Shown here: piece after piece, positions 36,121 through 44,282 of the stretch
How positions within the stretch are numbered: position 1 is the first letter of the stretch
Layout: every line of letters begins with the position of its first letter
Origin: an uncultured Acidimicrobiales bacterium
GTDB taxonomy: Bacteria; Actinomycetota; Acidimicrobiia; Acidimicrobiales; SHLQ01
Assembly (NCBI GenBank): GCA_938023735.1
Contig: CALJDK010000016.1
Span: 7,145 to 71,144, forward strand
Reading direction: 5' to 3'
Length of the DNA: 64,000 nucleotides
Program-made: the position numbers and the translations under genes
The notes under the pieces: model-generated
Told to the model about the DNA's origin: nothing
Database searches by the model: none
What the model saw: only the letters and a program-made list of their open reading frames with translations

Positions 36121-36232
36121 GTGCCTGGAACCTTGCGGCCAAATAGTACCTGGCACCCAGGGGCCACTTGGTACCTGGCACCTGGAGGGCGAAAGGTACC
36201 TGGCACCGAAGTGGGGGTTTGGTGCCAGGTAT
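36121..36232. promoter_or_regulatory. Array of five 25-bp-phased copies of an imperfectly palindromic GGTACCTGGCACC motif
   Basis: Copies begin at 36121 (GTGCCTGGAACC), 36146, 36171 and 36196 (all GTACCTGGCACC) and 36221 (GGTGCCAGGTAT, inverted). The array is intergenic, upstream of the DUF427 gene and downstream of the SRPBCC gene. Confidence 0.7.
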
Positions 36233-36253
36233 AAATGTCCAGATGTGCGAAAA

Positions 36254-36703
36254 CTAGGGTTCTAGGAGCTTCTTTAGGCGGTCGAGGGTGGCGGTGATGG
36301 ACTTTAGGTTTTTGGCTGGGTAGCCGGCCTTTTCGATGGCTTTGGGGACCAGCGCTGTCGACCAGTCGAACGACTCGGTGACCAGCGTTTCGGTATCGGA
36401 GATCGGCTCGAGCTCGTACCGCCAACGGTGGCGTCCCATATGCCGCCACGCAATGCGACGATCCTCTTCGTACTCGACCACCACATTGCTGATGCTGTAA
36501 GGGATGCCGAATCGCATGTTCATGCCGAACTTGGTGCCCATTGTGAGTTTCTCGACATCGCCTTTGGCCCGTTGAACCGTGCCTGACCCATCGATACGGG
36601 CGTGTCCCTCGGGGCTGGCGAGGATCGCGAAGATTTCGGCCGGAGTGGCTTCGACCACAACGCTGTCGCTGACGCATCGTTCGTTTCCGTCGCAGCCGGT
36701 CAT
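36254..36703 (-). CDS. SRPBCC (START/polyketide cyclase-like) family protein
   Basis: 149 aa, with the size and pattern of an SRPBCC ligand-binding protein (VVVEATPAEIFAILASPEGHARIDG...WRYELEP). ATGA overlap with the upstream gene. Confidence 0.6.
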   Translation of the reverse strand: MTGCDGNERCVSDSVVVEATPAEIFAILASPEGHARIDGSGTVQRAKGDVEKLTMGTKFGMNMRFGIPYSISNVVVEYEEDRRIAWRHMGRHRWRYELEPISDTETLVTESFDWSTALVPKAIEKAGYPAKNLKSITATLDRLKKLLEP

Positions 36704-37593
36704 TTGTTCAACTCGGCAGCGAGGGCTTCATCGATGGTGGAATGGGTGAAGTCGAATCCCGAATCGAGGAGAACGTTGGGTACGACCCGAGTGCTTGCGA
36801 ACAAGAGCTCGCGAGCGAGCTCTTTGCCGAGCATGAGATAGAGCGCTGGGGTGGGCGTCGGCAGGAGCGTCGGGCGACCGAGAGTCTTTCCGAGGGATTT
36901 GGTGAACTCGTTGTTCGACACGGGATTGGGCGCCGTGAGGTTGACCGGGCCCGACAGATCGGATTCGAGTAGATGGATGAGTCCTCGAACCATGTCGTTC
37001 ATCGAGATCCAGCTCATCTGCTGTTTGCCGTTACCGATTCGGCCACCGATACCAAGTTTGAAGAACGGCAGCATGGTGCCAAGGGCACCACCGCTGGTCG
37101 ACATGACAATGCCAGTCCGGGAGAAGGCCACCCGAATTCCGGCGTCGATCGCTGGTTGGGCAGCGGCCTCCCACGCAACGACGACGTCGGCCAAGAACCC
37201 GGCGCCCCGGTCGCTGGTTTCGTCGAGTTCGTCCTGGCCGCGGTCGCCGTACACGCCGATCCCCGAACCTGACACCAGAACCGAGGGAGGGGTGGACATG
37301 CTTGCAAGCGTTCGGGCCACCAATGCGGTTCCGTCGACGCGACTGTCGAGGATCTTTCGTTTCTGCTCGTCGTTCCACTTCTTTTCGGAGATACCCTCGC
37401 CGGCGAGATGGACGAACCCATCGACGCCTTCGAGTGCGTCGGCATCGAGGTCGTCGTTCGCTGGGTCCCAGCGAAGCGTGCCCGGGCCGCTGATGCTCCG
37501 GCCGATCTTGAGGGTGGTGTGTCCGTCGGCTTCGAGCGCTTTGACAAGCGCTGACCCGATGAGACCGGTGGCTCCAGTAATCGCTACGTGCAT
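36700..37593 (-). CDS. TIGR01777/YfcH-like epimerase-family protein (SDR with C-terminal DUF1731)
   Basis: MHVAITGATGLIGSAL Rossmann motif. The C-terminus RVVPNVLLDSGFDFTHSTIDEAL is typical of DUF1731. Confidence 0.75.
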   Translation of the reverse strand: MHVAITGATGLIGSALVKALEADGHTTLKIGRSISGPGTLRWDPANDDLDADALEGVDGFVHLAGEGISEKKWNDEQKRKILDSRVDGTALVARTLASMSTPPSVLVSGSGIGVYGDRGQDELDETSDRGAGFLADVVVAWEAAAQPAIDAGIRVAFSRTGIVMSTSGGALGTMLPFFKLGIGGRIGNGKQQMSWISMNDMVRGLIHLLESDLSGPVNLTAPNPVSNNEFTKSLGKTLGRPTLLPTPTPALYLMLGKELARELLFASTRVVPNVLLDSGFDFTHSTIDEALAAELNK

Positions 37594-37659
37594 GGGCTCA
37601 GTCTGGCTTTTCTTTCGGGTTTCCGATGAGTTCAGCCGGGGGAACTATGGTGCGACGTC

Positions 37660-38148
37660 ATGGCCGATCATGACACCAGCGGACTCCAGGCAAAAGTACT
37701 CACCGTCTCCGATGGAGTGATCCACGGGACTCGCGAAGACAAGTCAGGTGAGGCGCTTGCCGACTACCTGGTCGGCGAAGGCTTTGAGGTGGTCGAGCGC
37801 CGAGCCGTCGCCGATGGCGTCGAAAACGTGCAGGAGGCCCTGACCGATCTCACCGCAGATTTCAACGGACTGGTGGTGACCACCGGTGGAACCGGCTTTG
37901 GCCCACGAGACCTGACGCCCGAGGGAACCAGGGCGGTACTCGAACGCGAAGCCCCGGGTCTGGCCGAAGCAATGCGGCTCATCAACCCACTCGGCCGACT
38001 GTCGCGCGGTCTCGCAGGCACGGTCGGCCATGCGCTGGTTCTCAACACACCAGGATCCACCAAAGGCTGCGTGGAAATGACGAGTGCGATTATCGACGTC
38101 GTGCCCCACGCCATCCGCCTTATGGCCGATACCCCCACCGACCACTAG
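37660..38148 (+). CDS. Molybdopterin adenylyltransferase-like protein (MogA/MoaB family)
   Basis: VLTVSDG, EDKSG, VVTTGGTGFGPRDLTPE and LNTPGS motifs. Confidence 0.8.
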   Translation: MADHDTSGLQAKVLTVSDGVIHGTREDKSGEALADYLVGEGFEVVERRAVADGVENVQEALTDLTADFNGLVVTTGGTGFGPRDLTPEGTRAVLEREAPGLAEAMRLINPLGRLSRGLAGTVGHALVLNTPGSTKGCVEMTSAIIDVVPHAIRLMADTPTDH

Positions 38149-38175
38149 GGCGGTCCGCGCGATTCTGGACACGAC

Positions 38176-39264
38176 ATGACCGACGCAAACCATCCCAGCC
38201 CGTCCGGAGATACGGCGTCTGCCGGCTCAGCCGGTTTCAGCACCGAGCGCGATGCACACTTCATGCGGCGGGCCGTGATGGCCGCATCCGATGCCCGACT
38301 CTTGGCGCCACCGAACCCTTGGGTCGGGACGGTCATCGTGGCGACCGACGGCACCGCCGCGACCGGGTGTACCGAACCGCCGGGCGGTCGACTTGCCGAA
38401 ATTGTGGCGCTCGACAACCTATCTGCGGTGGGAGTGTCGCCTGCTGGCGCAACGGTCTACACCACCCTTGAGCCAGGTAGCTCCCAAGGTGGCAGCGACT
38501 CCTGTGTCGCAGCACTCATCGATGCTGGCGTACGCCGAGCTGTCGTTGGCCTCGTCGACCCCGGCGATGACGCTGCGGGCCGGGGCATCGAAGCTCTTCG
38601 GGCCGCTGGTATTGCTGTGGATGTCGGATGCGAGGCCTCTCGGGTCACCCGACAGCTCGCCCCGTACCTCACCCATCGCTCAACGGGCCGACCACTGGTG
38701 GTGCTGAAGCTTGCCGGAACACTCGATGGTTACTTGGCGGCTCCCGACGGCACGAGCAAGTGGATAACGGGCGCCGAAGCCCGCTCGGACACCCATCGAC
38801 TTCGAGCTGAAAGCGGCGCCATCATTGTGGGAGCGGGAACCGTACGGGCCGACGACCCAAGCCTCACGGTTCGCGATTTCACTCCTCCGGTCGACACGTC
38901 GTCGCTTGGCGAGGGCGGCCTCAACCCGCTTCGTGTCGTGCTGGGGTCCGCCGGCCCCGGCGCAAGGATTCAGCCGGTCTTGGAACACCAGGGCGACCTG
39001 GGCGAACTGCTCGACCAGCTTGGTGAGCAGGGAATTCTTCAGGTGCTGGTGGAAGGCGGGGGAGTGGTGGCCGGATCGTTCCACCGTGCGGGCCTGGTCG
39101 ACCGGTATGTGCTGTATCTGGCGCCAGCGTTCCTTGGTGGCGCCGACGGTGTGCCGCTACTGAGTGGTCCCGCCGTGGTCACCATGGCCGAACTGAAGCG
39201 CGGCCGTTTCGAATCGGTGGTGCAACTCGGCGAGGACCTGCGCATTGAAGTGGTGTTCGACTAG
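38176..39264 (+). CDS. ribD: RibD-like bifunctional riboflavin biosynthesis protein; the deaminase domain has substituted zinc ligands and the reductase domain looks intact
   Basis: Collinear with E. coli RibD (PNPWVGTVIV, TLEP, LKLAGTLDG, SKWITG, VRADDPSLTVR). However, HAE is replaced by LAE (GGRLAEIVAL), and PCxHxGxTPPC by PGSSQGGSDSC. Confidence 0.75.
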   Translation: MTDANHPSPSGDTASAGSAGFSTERDAHFMRRAVMAASDARLLAPPNPWVGTVIVATDGTAATGCTEPPGGRLAEIVALDNLSAVGVSPAGATVYTTLEPGSSQGGSDSCVAALIDAGVRRAVVGLVDPGDDAAGRGIEALRAAGIAVDVGCEASRVTRQLAPYLTHRSTGRPLVVLKLAGTLDGYLAAPDGTSKWITGAEARSDTHRLRAESGAIIVGAGTVRADDPSLTVRDFTPPVDTSSLGEGGLNPLRVVLGSAGPGARIQPVLEHQGDLGELLDQLGEQGILQVLVEGGGVVAGSFHRAGLVDRYVLYLAPAFLGGADGVPLLSGPAVVTMAELKRGRFESVVQLGEDLRIEVVFD

Positions 39265-39309
39265 CGCTCACCCGGTGCTCGCTTTGGGTTCGGGCGGAAG
39301 TAACTTTGA

Positions 39310-40188
39310 GTGATGCTTCGTCTTGTACTGCCGAAAGGGTCGCTCGAAAAGGCGACCTTCCAACTCTTTGAAGACGCCGACCTGGCGATCCAGCGCGACT
39401 CAAGCGTTGCCTACAAGGCGACCATCAAGGATCCGCGGATTAGCGAAGTTCGAATCCTTCGCCCCCAAGAAATCGGTAGCTACGTTTCGGAAGGCCTGTT
39501 CGACATCGGCGTGACCGGTCGCGACTGGATCGAAGAGCCATCATGTGAGGTCGAGAGCTTGGGCGAGCTTCGCTACTCGAAAGCCACCGCCAAGCCCGTG
39601 CGAATTGTCGTGGCCGTGCCCGGCGACAGCGAGTACAACTCGGTGGCCGAATTGCCCGACGGCGTTCGGGTGTCGACCGAGTATCCCGAACTCACCAAGC
39701 GCTTCTTCGCCGAGAAGGGTGTCGACGCCGACATCCGTCTGTCCTACGGCGCGACCGAGGCCAAGGTGCCCGACATCGTCGATGTGGTTGTCGACATCAC
39801 CGAAACCGGACGGGCTCTCCGAGCCGCCGGTCTGAAGGTTATCGACGAGATTCTGCAGAGCTATACCGAACTCATCGCGAACCCGGTCTCGGCCGCCGAT
39901 CCTGAGAAGCGTCACGCGATGGAGCAGATCAACACGCTGCTGCAAGGCGTTCTCGATGCTCGTGGCAAGGTCCTCGTGAAGATGAATGTGCCCGGCGCCT
40001 CACTCGAGAACGTGATCGACATCATCCCCTCGATGAAATCGCCGACGGTGAACGAACTCTTCGGCGGAAACGGCTTTGCGGTGGAAACCGTGGTGCCAAA
40101 GAGCGAAATCAACATCTTGATTCCCGCATTGAAAGATCAGGGAGCCGAAGACATCATCGAGCTCCCCATCCTCAAGATCGTCGAGTAA
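39310..40188 (+). CDS. hisG: ATP phosphoribosyltransferase, long form
   Basis: LRLVLPKGSLEKATFQLF, RPQEIGSYVSEGLFDIGVTGRDW, and the C-terminal regulatory domain. 292 aa. Confidence 0.9.
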   Translation: MMLRLVLPKGSLEKATFQLFEDADLAIQRDSSVAYKATIKDPRISEVRILRPQEIGSYVSEGLFDIGVTGRDWIEEPSCEVESLGELRYSKATAKPVRIVVAVPGDSEYNSVAELPDGVRVSTEYPELTKRFFAEKGVDADIRLSYGATEAKVPDIVDVVVDITETGRALRAAGLKVIDEILQSYTELIANPVSAADPEKRHAMEQINTLLQGVLDARGKVLVKMNVPGASLENVIDIIPSMKSPTVNELFGGNGFAVETVVPKSEINILIPALKDQGAEDIIELPILKIVE

Positions 40189-40197
40189 ACCAGACCG

Positions 40198-40926
40198 CTA
40201 GTCGGGAAGATCCAGAACCTGGCCGGGCAAAAGAAGATCGGGGTTTCCCGGATCGACCAAACGGTGCTGGTTTCGCTCGATCAGTCGGCGCCAGTATGCA
40301 TCGATCTCGGCTTCGGCTGGTGCCGTTCCCGAGCGCTCTTCGAGTACCTCGGTGGCGATCTGCCAGAAGTGCTCGCCCTTGGTGACACTCCACGATGTTG
40401 CCGCGGGCAAGGTCGGAGCCTCGGTGGGCCCAAGTCTGGTCATGACCATGGTGTCCGGTTCGACCGCGGCCGGTTGGCGGGAACGTTCTGGGCTGAAAAC
40501 CGGTGCAGGTGCGTCGGCTGGTGAATCGTCGTCGATACGCACCATCGTGACCGGGGGACTCTCGGCGGCGCTGGCCGACGAGACGAACGCGGGCACGCTG
40601 AGCGAGATGGTTAGCGATGCGCCAAGAAACTGTTTGACCAGCGTCGGGGTTACGGCATCGAGTAGACGTGGACGCCAGCCCAACAATCCGGCCAGCAGCT
40701 GAAGTCCCACCACTGCCGCTAGGTACCAGGCCAAACCGATCGCCACCGCACGAAACGCAGTCATCACTACATCGGCCGGATCGGCCGTGGTGAACCAGTC
40801 GACGAGTTCGCCGCCCGAGAAGTTGGGGAACGGGAGGCGTCGGCCAACGACCCCGTGGAGAAGCCACAACGCGCCTAGGCAGAATAGGAACAGTGGCGTG
40901 GCCCGAGCGGCGGTGCGGGTGTTCAT
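40198..40926 (-). CDS. Membrane protein with a C-terminal LysM-like domain
   Basis: The start is refined to MNTRTAARATPLFLF; its ATG overlaps the upstream stop (ATGA at 40923-40926). There are 2-3 TM segments. The C-terminus is WSVTKGEHFWQIATEVL...LLLPGQVLDLPD (LysM-like with an insertion). Confidence 0.5.
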   Translation of the reverse strand: MNTRTAARATPLFLFCLGALWLLHGVVGRRLPFPNFSGGELVDWFTTADPADVVMTAFRAVAIGLAWYLAAVVGLQLLAGLLGWRPRLLDAVTPTLVKQFLGASLTISLSVPAFVSSASAAESPPVTMVRIDDDSPADAPAPVFSPERSRQPAAVEPDTMVMTRLGPTEAPTLPAATSWSVTKGEHFWQIATEVLEERSGTAPAEAEIDAYWRRLIERNQHRLVDPGNPDLLLPGQVLDLPD

Positions 40927-42080
40927 GAGTCGGCTCCTGAATTGGCGTGCACAACATTGAGGGTGACGGCTTCGCCTGCGGCATCGACGAGTACAAGGCG
41001 ACCGCAATCGGTGCCCGCATCGAGTGTGGCGGTTGAATTGGGAATGGTGAGCGGCGTCACCCTTGCGGTTTCGCTATCGGTTGGCCACGTGTCGAACAGG
41101 TACACCTGACCCGAGTGGGGGCGCAGTATCGCTGCCGTCTCGGCGCCGTCGCAGTCCCAGTCGCCGATGGCCGCGCTATCTCCGGATTGGCCGACCGCAT
41201 AGCGGAAGCCGTCGTGCTCAAGAACCAGCGGTTCGACCGGGATTTCGATAGCCACGGTGGTTGATGGAGTCGTCGGTCGGTCAGCGGCTTGGGTAGACAG
41301 TGCTGGCGCCGGTGATGGCGGATTCGTAACCGGTAGCGCTTCGTCGAGTGTTGCGATGGCGAGGGGGTCGTCGGCCGACGGCCAGAAAAGCACGGCGAGT
41401 GCGGCCATAAGTACGGCGGCCCCGGCAAGGACTTTGATCGATGAGCCCGAAGAGCGGCCTGCGGTTGGCTGGGAGGTCTGCACAAGCTGTCGACTCGCCG
41501 CCGCCAACGCTGCCGCACTGGGTCGTTTCTCGGGGTCGGTGTGCGACGCTCGGTCGGCTAAGGCTGCAAGAGCTTTGCGAGTCGATGGCTTGCCGTCGCC
41601 GATCTGGTCAAGGCACTCGTGGATAACCGCACCAAGCGCTGCGACATCGATGCTCGGATCTTGGTCGCCTGCCTGGCTGAGATCGCAAAGAATGGGACGC
41701 CGGTCGGCGCCGAGAACGATGTGGTCTGCGGTGAGCGACGCGTGGGTGATGGCCAGCGTGTGAAGATCGCTGAGGGTTGCAGCAACCGAAGCAACGCCTT
41801 TCGCTAGTTCGCTTAAGGTTTCGGGAGGGCTGCTCTTCCATGTCTGATCGCCAGCGAACTGGGTGCGCAACGTTCCGGTCTCGTCATCGAAGGAGATGAA
41901 CTCGACGACGCCGGGGTGCGATGCCCGCTGAAGCATGTGAGCCTCGTGGGCGAAGCGTTCGTGCTCGTGGTCGGAGGTGGCCCGTTTCCTGACCACGACT
42001 TTGCCTTGGGTTTCCGCGGCGTGCTGGTCGTCAAGAGCGGTACCGTTGTCGGCTTCGAGGATTTCGAGTTCTGCGGCCAT
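40923..42080 (-). CDS. Single-pass membrane protein with an N-terminal degenerate protein-kinase-like domain and an extracytoplasmic C-terminal domain
   Basis: Start at MAAELEIL. Kinase-like blocks are present (VVVRKR, HEAHMLQRASHPGVVEF, DLHTLAITHASLTADHIVL) but lack HRD/DFG. TM segment VLAGAAVLMAALAVLFW. The C-terminal domain has an FG-GAP-like GDWDCDGAETAAIL. Confidence 0.5.
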   Translation of the reverse strand: MAAELEILEADNGTALDDQHAAETQGKVVVRKRATSDHEHERFAHEAHMLQRASHPGVVEFISFDDETGTLRTQFAGDQTWKSSPPETLSELAKGVASVAATLSDLHTLAITHASLTADHIVLGADRRPILCDLSQAGDQDPSIDVAALGAVIHECLDQIGDGKPSTRKALAALADRASHTDPEKRPSAAALAAASRQLVQTSQPTAGRSSGSSIKVLAGAAVLMAALAVLFWPSADDPLAIATLDEALPVTNPPSPAPALSTQAADRPTTPSTTVAIEIPVEPLVLEHDGFRYAVGQSGDSAAIGDWDCDGAETAAILRPHSGQVYLFDTWPTDSETARVTPLTIPNSTATLDAGTDCGRLVLVDAAGEAVTLNVVHANSGADS

Positions 42081-42179
42081 GAAGGAAATGTACTGAAAGT
42101 GCATGAAAAGCACTAATCGACATCACGTCTGCCCGTTTCCCTCGTCGTTTCCCTCGTCGTTTCCATTGAACATTTCAGC

Positions 42180-43055
42180 TCAGCCATGTTCCAGTCGTGT
42201 GCCGGCAATGCTGACCGCTTCGGGCACCGCTGCGATCGTTAGTGGGGCGCTTCCGTAGGGTTCGCCATCGGCCCAAAGGTCGGTCGATCCGCCCTCGATG
42301 GTGACCTCGGATCCTGAAAACACCTGCGTGCGATGGTTCTGAAGAAAGCTCTGATCGGGAACGGTGTCGTAGAAGGTCACCAGTTCTCGCCGGGTCAGTG
42401 GGCCGATGGCCACAATGTCGAGCAGGCCGTTGGTGGGGTCGGCCGCTGGGCATATCGGGGTTCCCGATCCGAAGAAGCGAGTGTTGCCGATGGCCAGAAA
42501 GGTGTTGTCGAGTTCGTGCCGAACCCCGTCGACCACCAGGGTTAGCGGCACGGTCTTCAGCGCCGGAAGCGCCAGGCCGGTGGCCACCACATAGCGACGT
42601 CCATCCTTGGGCCACGGAAGCCGGTTTGCTACCTGATTGGTAAGAACCGAGAAACCCTGCGTGATGATCGATGCTGCCCAACCGGCTGAGCTCTGCATGG
42701 CGTCGATTGGTCTGGCCTCAGCGAGCGCTGCGTCGACCGCCGCCACCGTGTCGGTGGGAAGTCCAAGACCTCGGGCGAAGTCGTTCCCGGTGCCAGCGGG
42801 CACGATGCCCAAGGTGAGCGATGTTTGGGCAACGTGTTGGAGCGCCAGGTTCACCAACCCGTCGCCGCCAACAACGACGAGGCGATCGATGTTGTCAAGC
42901 GATGAGATGAGCGTTTGCTGGGTGGCCTCCGGCGTGGGCTCGGCGACGACGGTTGGCTGGTGGCCGCGCTCGCGGAGAAGTTGCTCGACCTTTGCTCCCT
43001 CGCCAACAGCTCCGCCTTTGGCAGCTGCTGGATTCAGAAGAAGGCCGACCCGCAT
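42180..43055 (-). CDS. Diacylglycerol kinase family lipid kinase (YegS/BmrU-like)
   Basis: Start at MRVGLLLNPAAAKGG. Motifs VVVGGDGLVNLALQ and LGIVPAGTGNDFARGLG. The 527-aa track ORF is an upstream over-extension into the neighbouring gene. Confidence 0.8.
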   Translation of the reverse strand: MRVGLLLNPAAAKGGAVGEGAKVEQLLRERGHQPTVVAEPTPEATQQTLISSLDNIDRLVVVGGDGLVNLALQHVAQTSLTLGIVPAGTGNDFARGLGLPTDTVAAVDAALAEARPIDAMQSSAGWAASIITQGFSVLTNQVANRLPWPKDGRRYVVATGLALPALKTVPLTLVVDGVRHELDNTFLAIGNTRFFGSGTPICPAADPTNGLLDIVAIGPLTRRELVTFYDTVPDQSFLQNHRTQVFSGSEVTIEGGSTDLWADGEPYGSAPLTIAAVPEAVSIAGTRLEHG

Positions 43056-43063
43056 CAGATTCC

Positions 43064-44245
43064 CTAGAACGAGGCGGCAGGAGCAGGGGCGACCGGATCG
43101 GGTCCATCGCGGCGCGGCCCGCCGGTTTCGCGATAGAGCGCAGCGGTTCCGGCGGTCTGGAGCGCAGCGACGATTGAACTGGTGAGCGTGTTGATAAGCA
43201 CCATGCTGATCGCCAACGACGACGGGTTGGTGATGAGGTCGGCGATGGCGAAAGACTCGGGTGAGCGATCTTCGGTGATGATGTCTTCGGCGAGCCCCTC
43301 GTTGATTCCGGGGCCGACGATAAGGCCCAACGGGAACGAGAACGCCTGGCTTCCGATGAGTACCGCAATGCTTAGTAGGACGAGTAGAAGGAGTCGGCCA
43401 AAGATGGCGGGGAATCGGCCGTCGCTTACCGACGAACTTGCCGAAAGCAGGTTGGTCTTTGGCGGTGCAACGGCCGCAGCGACGGTGAGGAAGCTCAGCT
43501 TCACCCAGAGAAAAACGGCCAGCGGAATCCAGAGCAGCCCGATGATCGCAACTGCTACAGCGCCAGCGGCGGCGCCGACCGCGATTGAAATTCCATAGGC
43601 CAACGCCATAACTACCAGAATCCCGATGCCATACAGCAGGAAGCGGGGGAGCCCTCGAAGTCCGGCACGAAGCGAGGTCGCCCACGAGGGTTTGTCGTCG
43701 TCGAGAGCCCCGTAGAGCTGATGGCCGGTTGCCAGGTGGAACACGGCGGTGCCGAGAAGCCACCAGATGATGGCAAGCACCAACGGGATGACGTAGTTGC
43801 CGCTGAATCCGCTGAAGGTGAGGCAGTCGGGGTCCTGCTCTTCAAACAACACACAGCTGAGGTTGTTTACGCGGGCGCCACGAACCGTAAGCCACGCAAA
43901 CAACGCCGTCAGGAACGCGCTGGGAAGCACCGTGACCATCATGATGGGAAGGAGGTGCCCGGCCCGACCAATGGCGGTTCGAAACACGATGCCAAGCCAC
44001 TCAGAAATCTCCGACAGACGGCCATCGGCCCCGGCGGTGCCAGGCGAATCGCCCTGCCAATCGGTACCCGGAGCGCCCTGCTGACCCGGGTTCGGGCGGA
44101 CGGTGCTCGCCGTCCAGGCCGCGCCGTCCCACCACCGTTGCGAACCGGGCTCCCACGGATCGTCGTACCAGCCGGCTGGGGTCGACTCGCTGGGGTTCGG
44201 GGCGTCGGAGTTGCCGGTAGATCCGGGCGGGGAGAAGTCGTTCAT
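43064..44245 (-). CDS. Polytopic membrane protein with an N-terminal DUF2510-like motif
   Basis: Start at MNDFSPPG. GWYDDPWEPGSQRWWDGAAWT matches the DUF2510 pattern. About 6 TM segments follow. Confidence 0.55.
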   Translation of the reverse strand: MNDFSPPGSTGNSDAPNPSESTPAGWYDDPWEPGSQRWWDGAAWTASTVRPNPGQQGAPGTDWQGDSPGTAGADGRLSEISEWLGIVFRTAIGRAGHLLPIMMVTVLPSAFLTALFAWLTVRGARVNNLSCVLFEEQDPDCLTFSGFSGNYVIPLVLAIIWWLLGTAVFHLATGHQLYGALDDDKPSWATSLRAGLRGLPRFLLYGIGILVVMALAYGISIAVGAAAGAVAVAIIGLLWIPLAVFLWVKLSFLTVAAAVAPPKTNLLSASSSVSDGRFPAIFGRLLLLVLLSIAVLIGSQAFSFPLGLIVGPGINEGLAEDIITEDRSPESFAIADLITNPSSLAISMVLINTLTSSIVAALQTAGTAALYRETGGPRRDGPDPVAPAPAASF

Positions 44246-44282
44246 TCGGTGAGGTCTACTAGGTGGGCTGTGAGTGCGAGGG

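Noticed and set aside
36146-36207. TGGCAC inside each 25-bp repeat looks like the -24 element of a sigma-54 promoter.
   Set aside because: No TTGC(A/T) -12 element lies at the required 4-5 nt spacing after any copy. The motif is part of a palindrome repeated in phase. The apparent lineage (actinobacterial-type gene content) generally lacks sigma-54.
36121-36232. Regularly spaced short repeats considered as a possible mini CRISPR array.
   Set aside because: The repeat unit is only ~12-13 bp with ~12-bp spacers (25-bp period), far below CRISPR dimensions. One copy is inverted, and no cas genes are present.
42180-43763. 527-aa ORF suggesting a much larger lipid-kinase protein. The extended ORFs 45311..46765, 46504..47700 and 43064..44338 are similar cases.
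   Set aside because: The N-terminal extensions are Arg-rich, motif-free, and overlap the upstream gene. Internal starts (43055, 46426, 47568, 44245) give proteins of family-typical length beginning at conserved N-terminal blocks.
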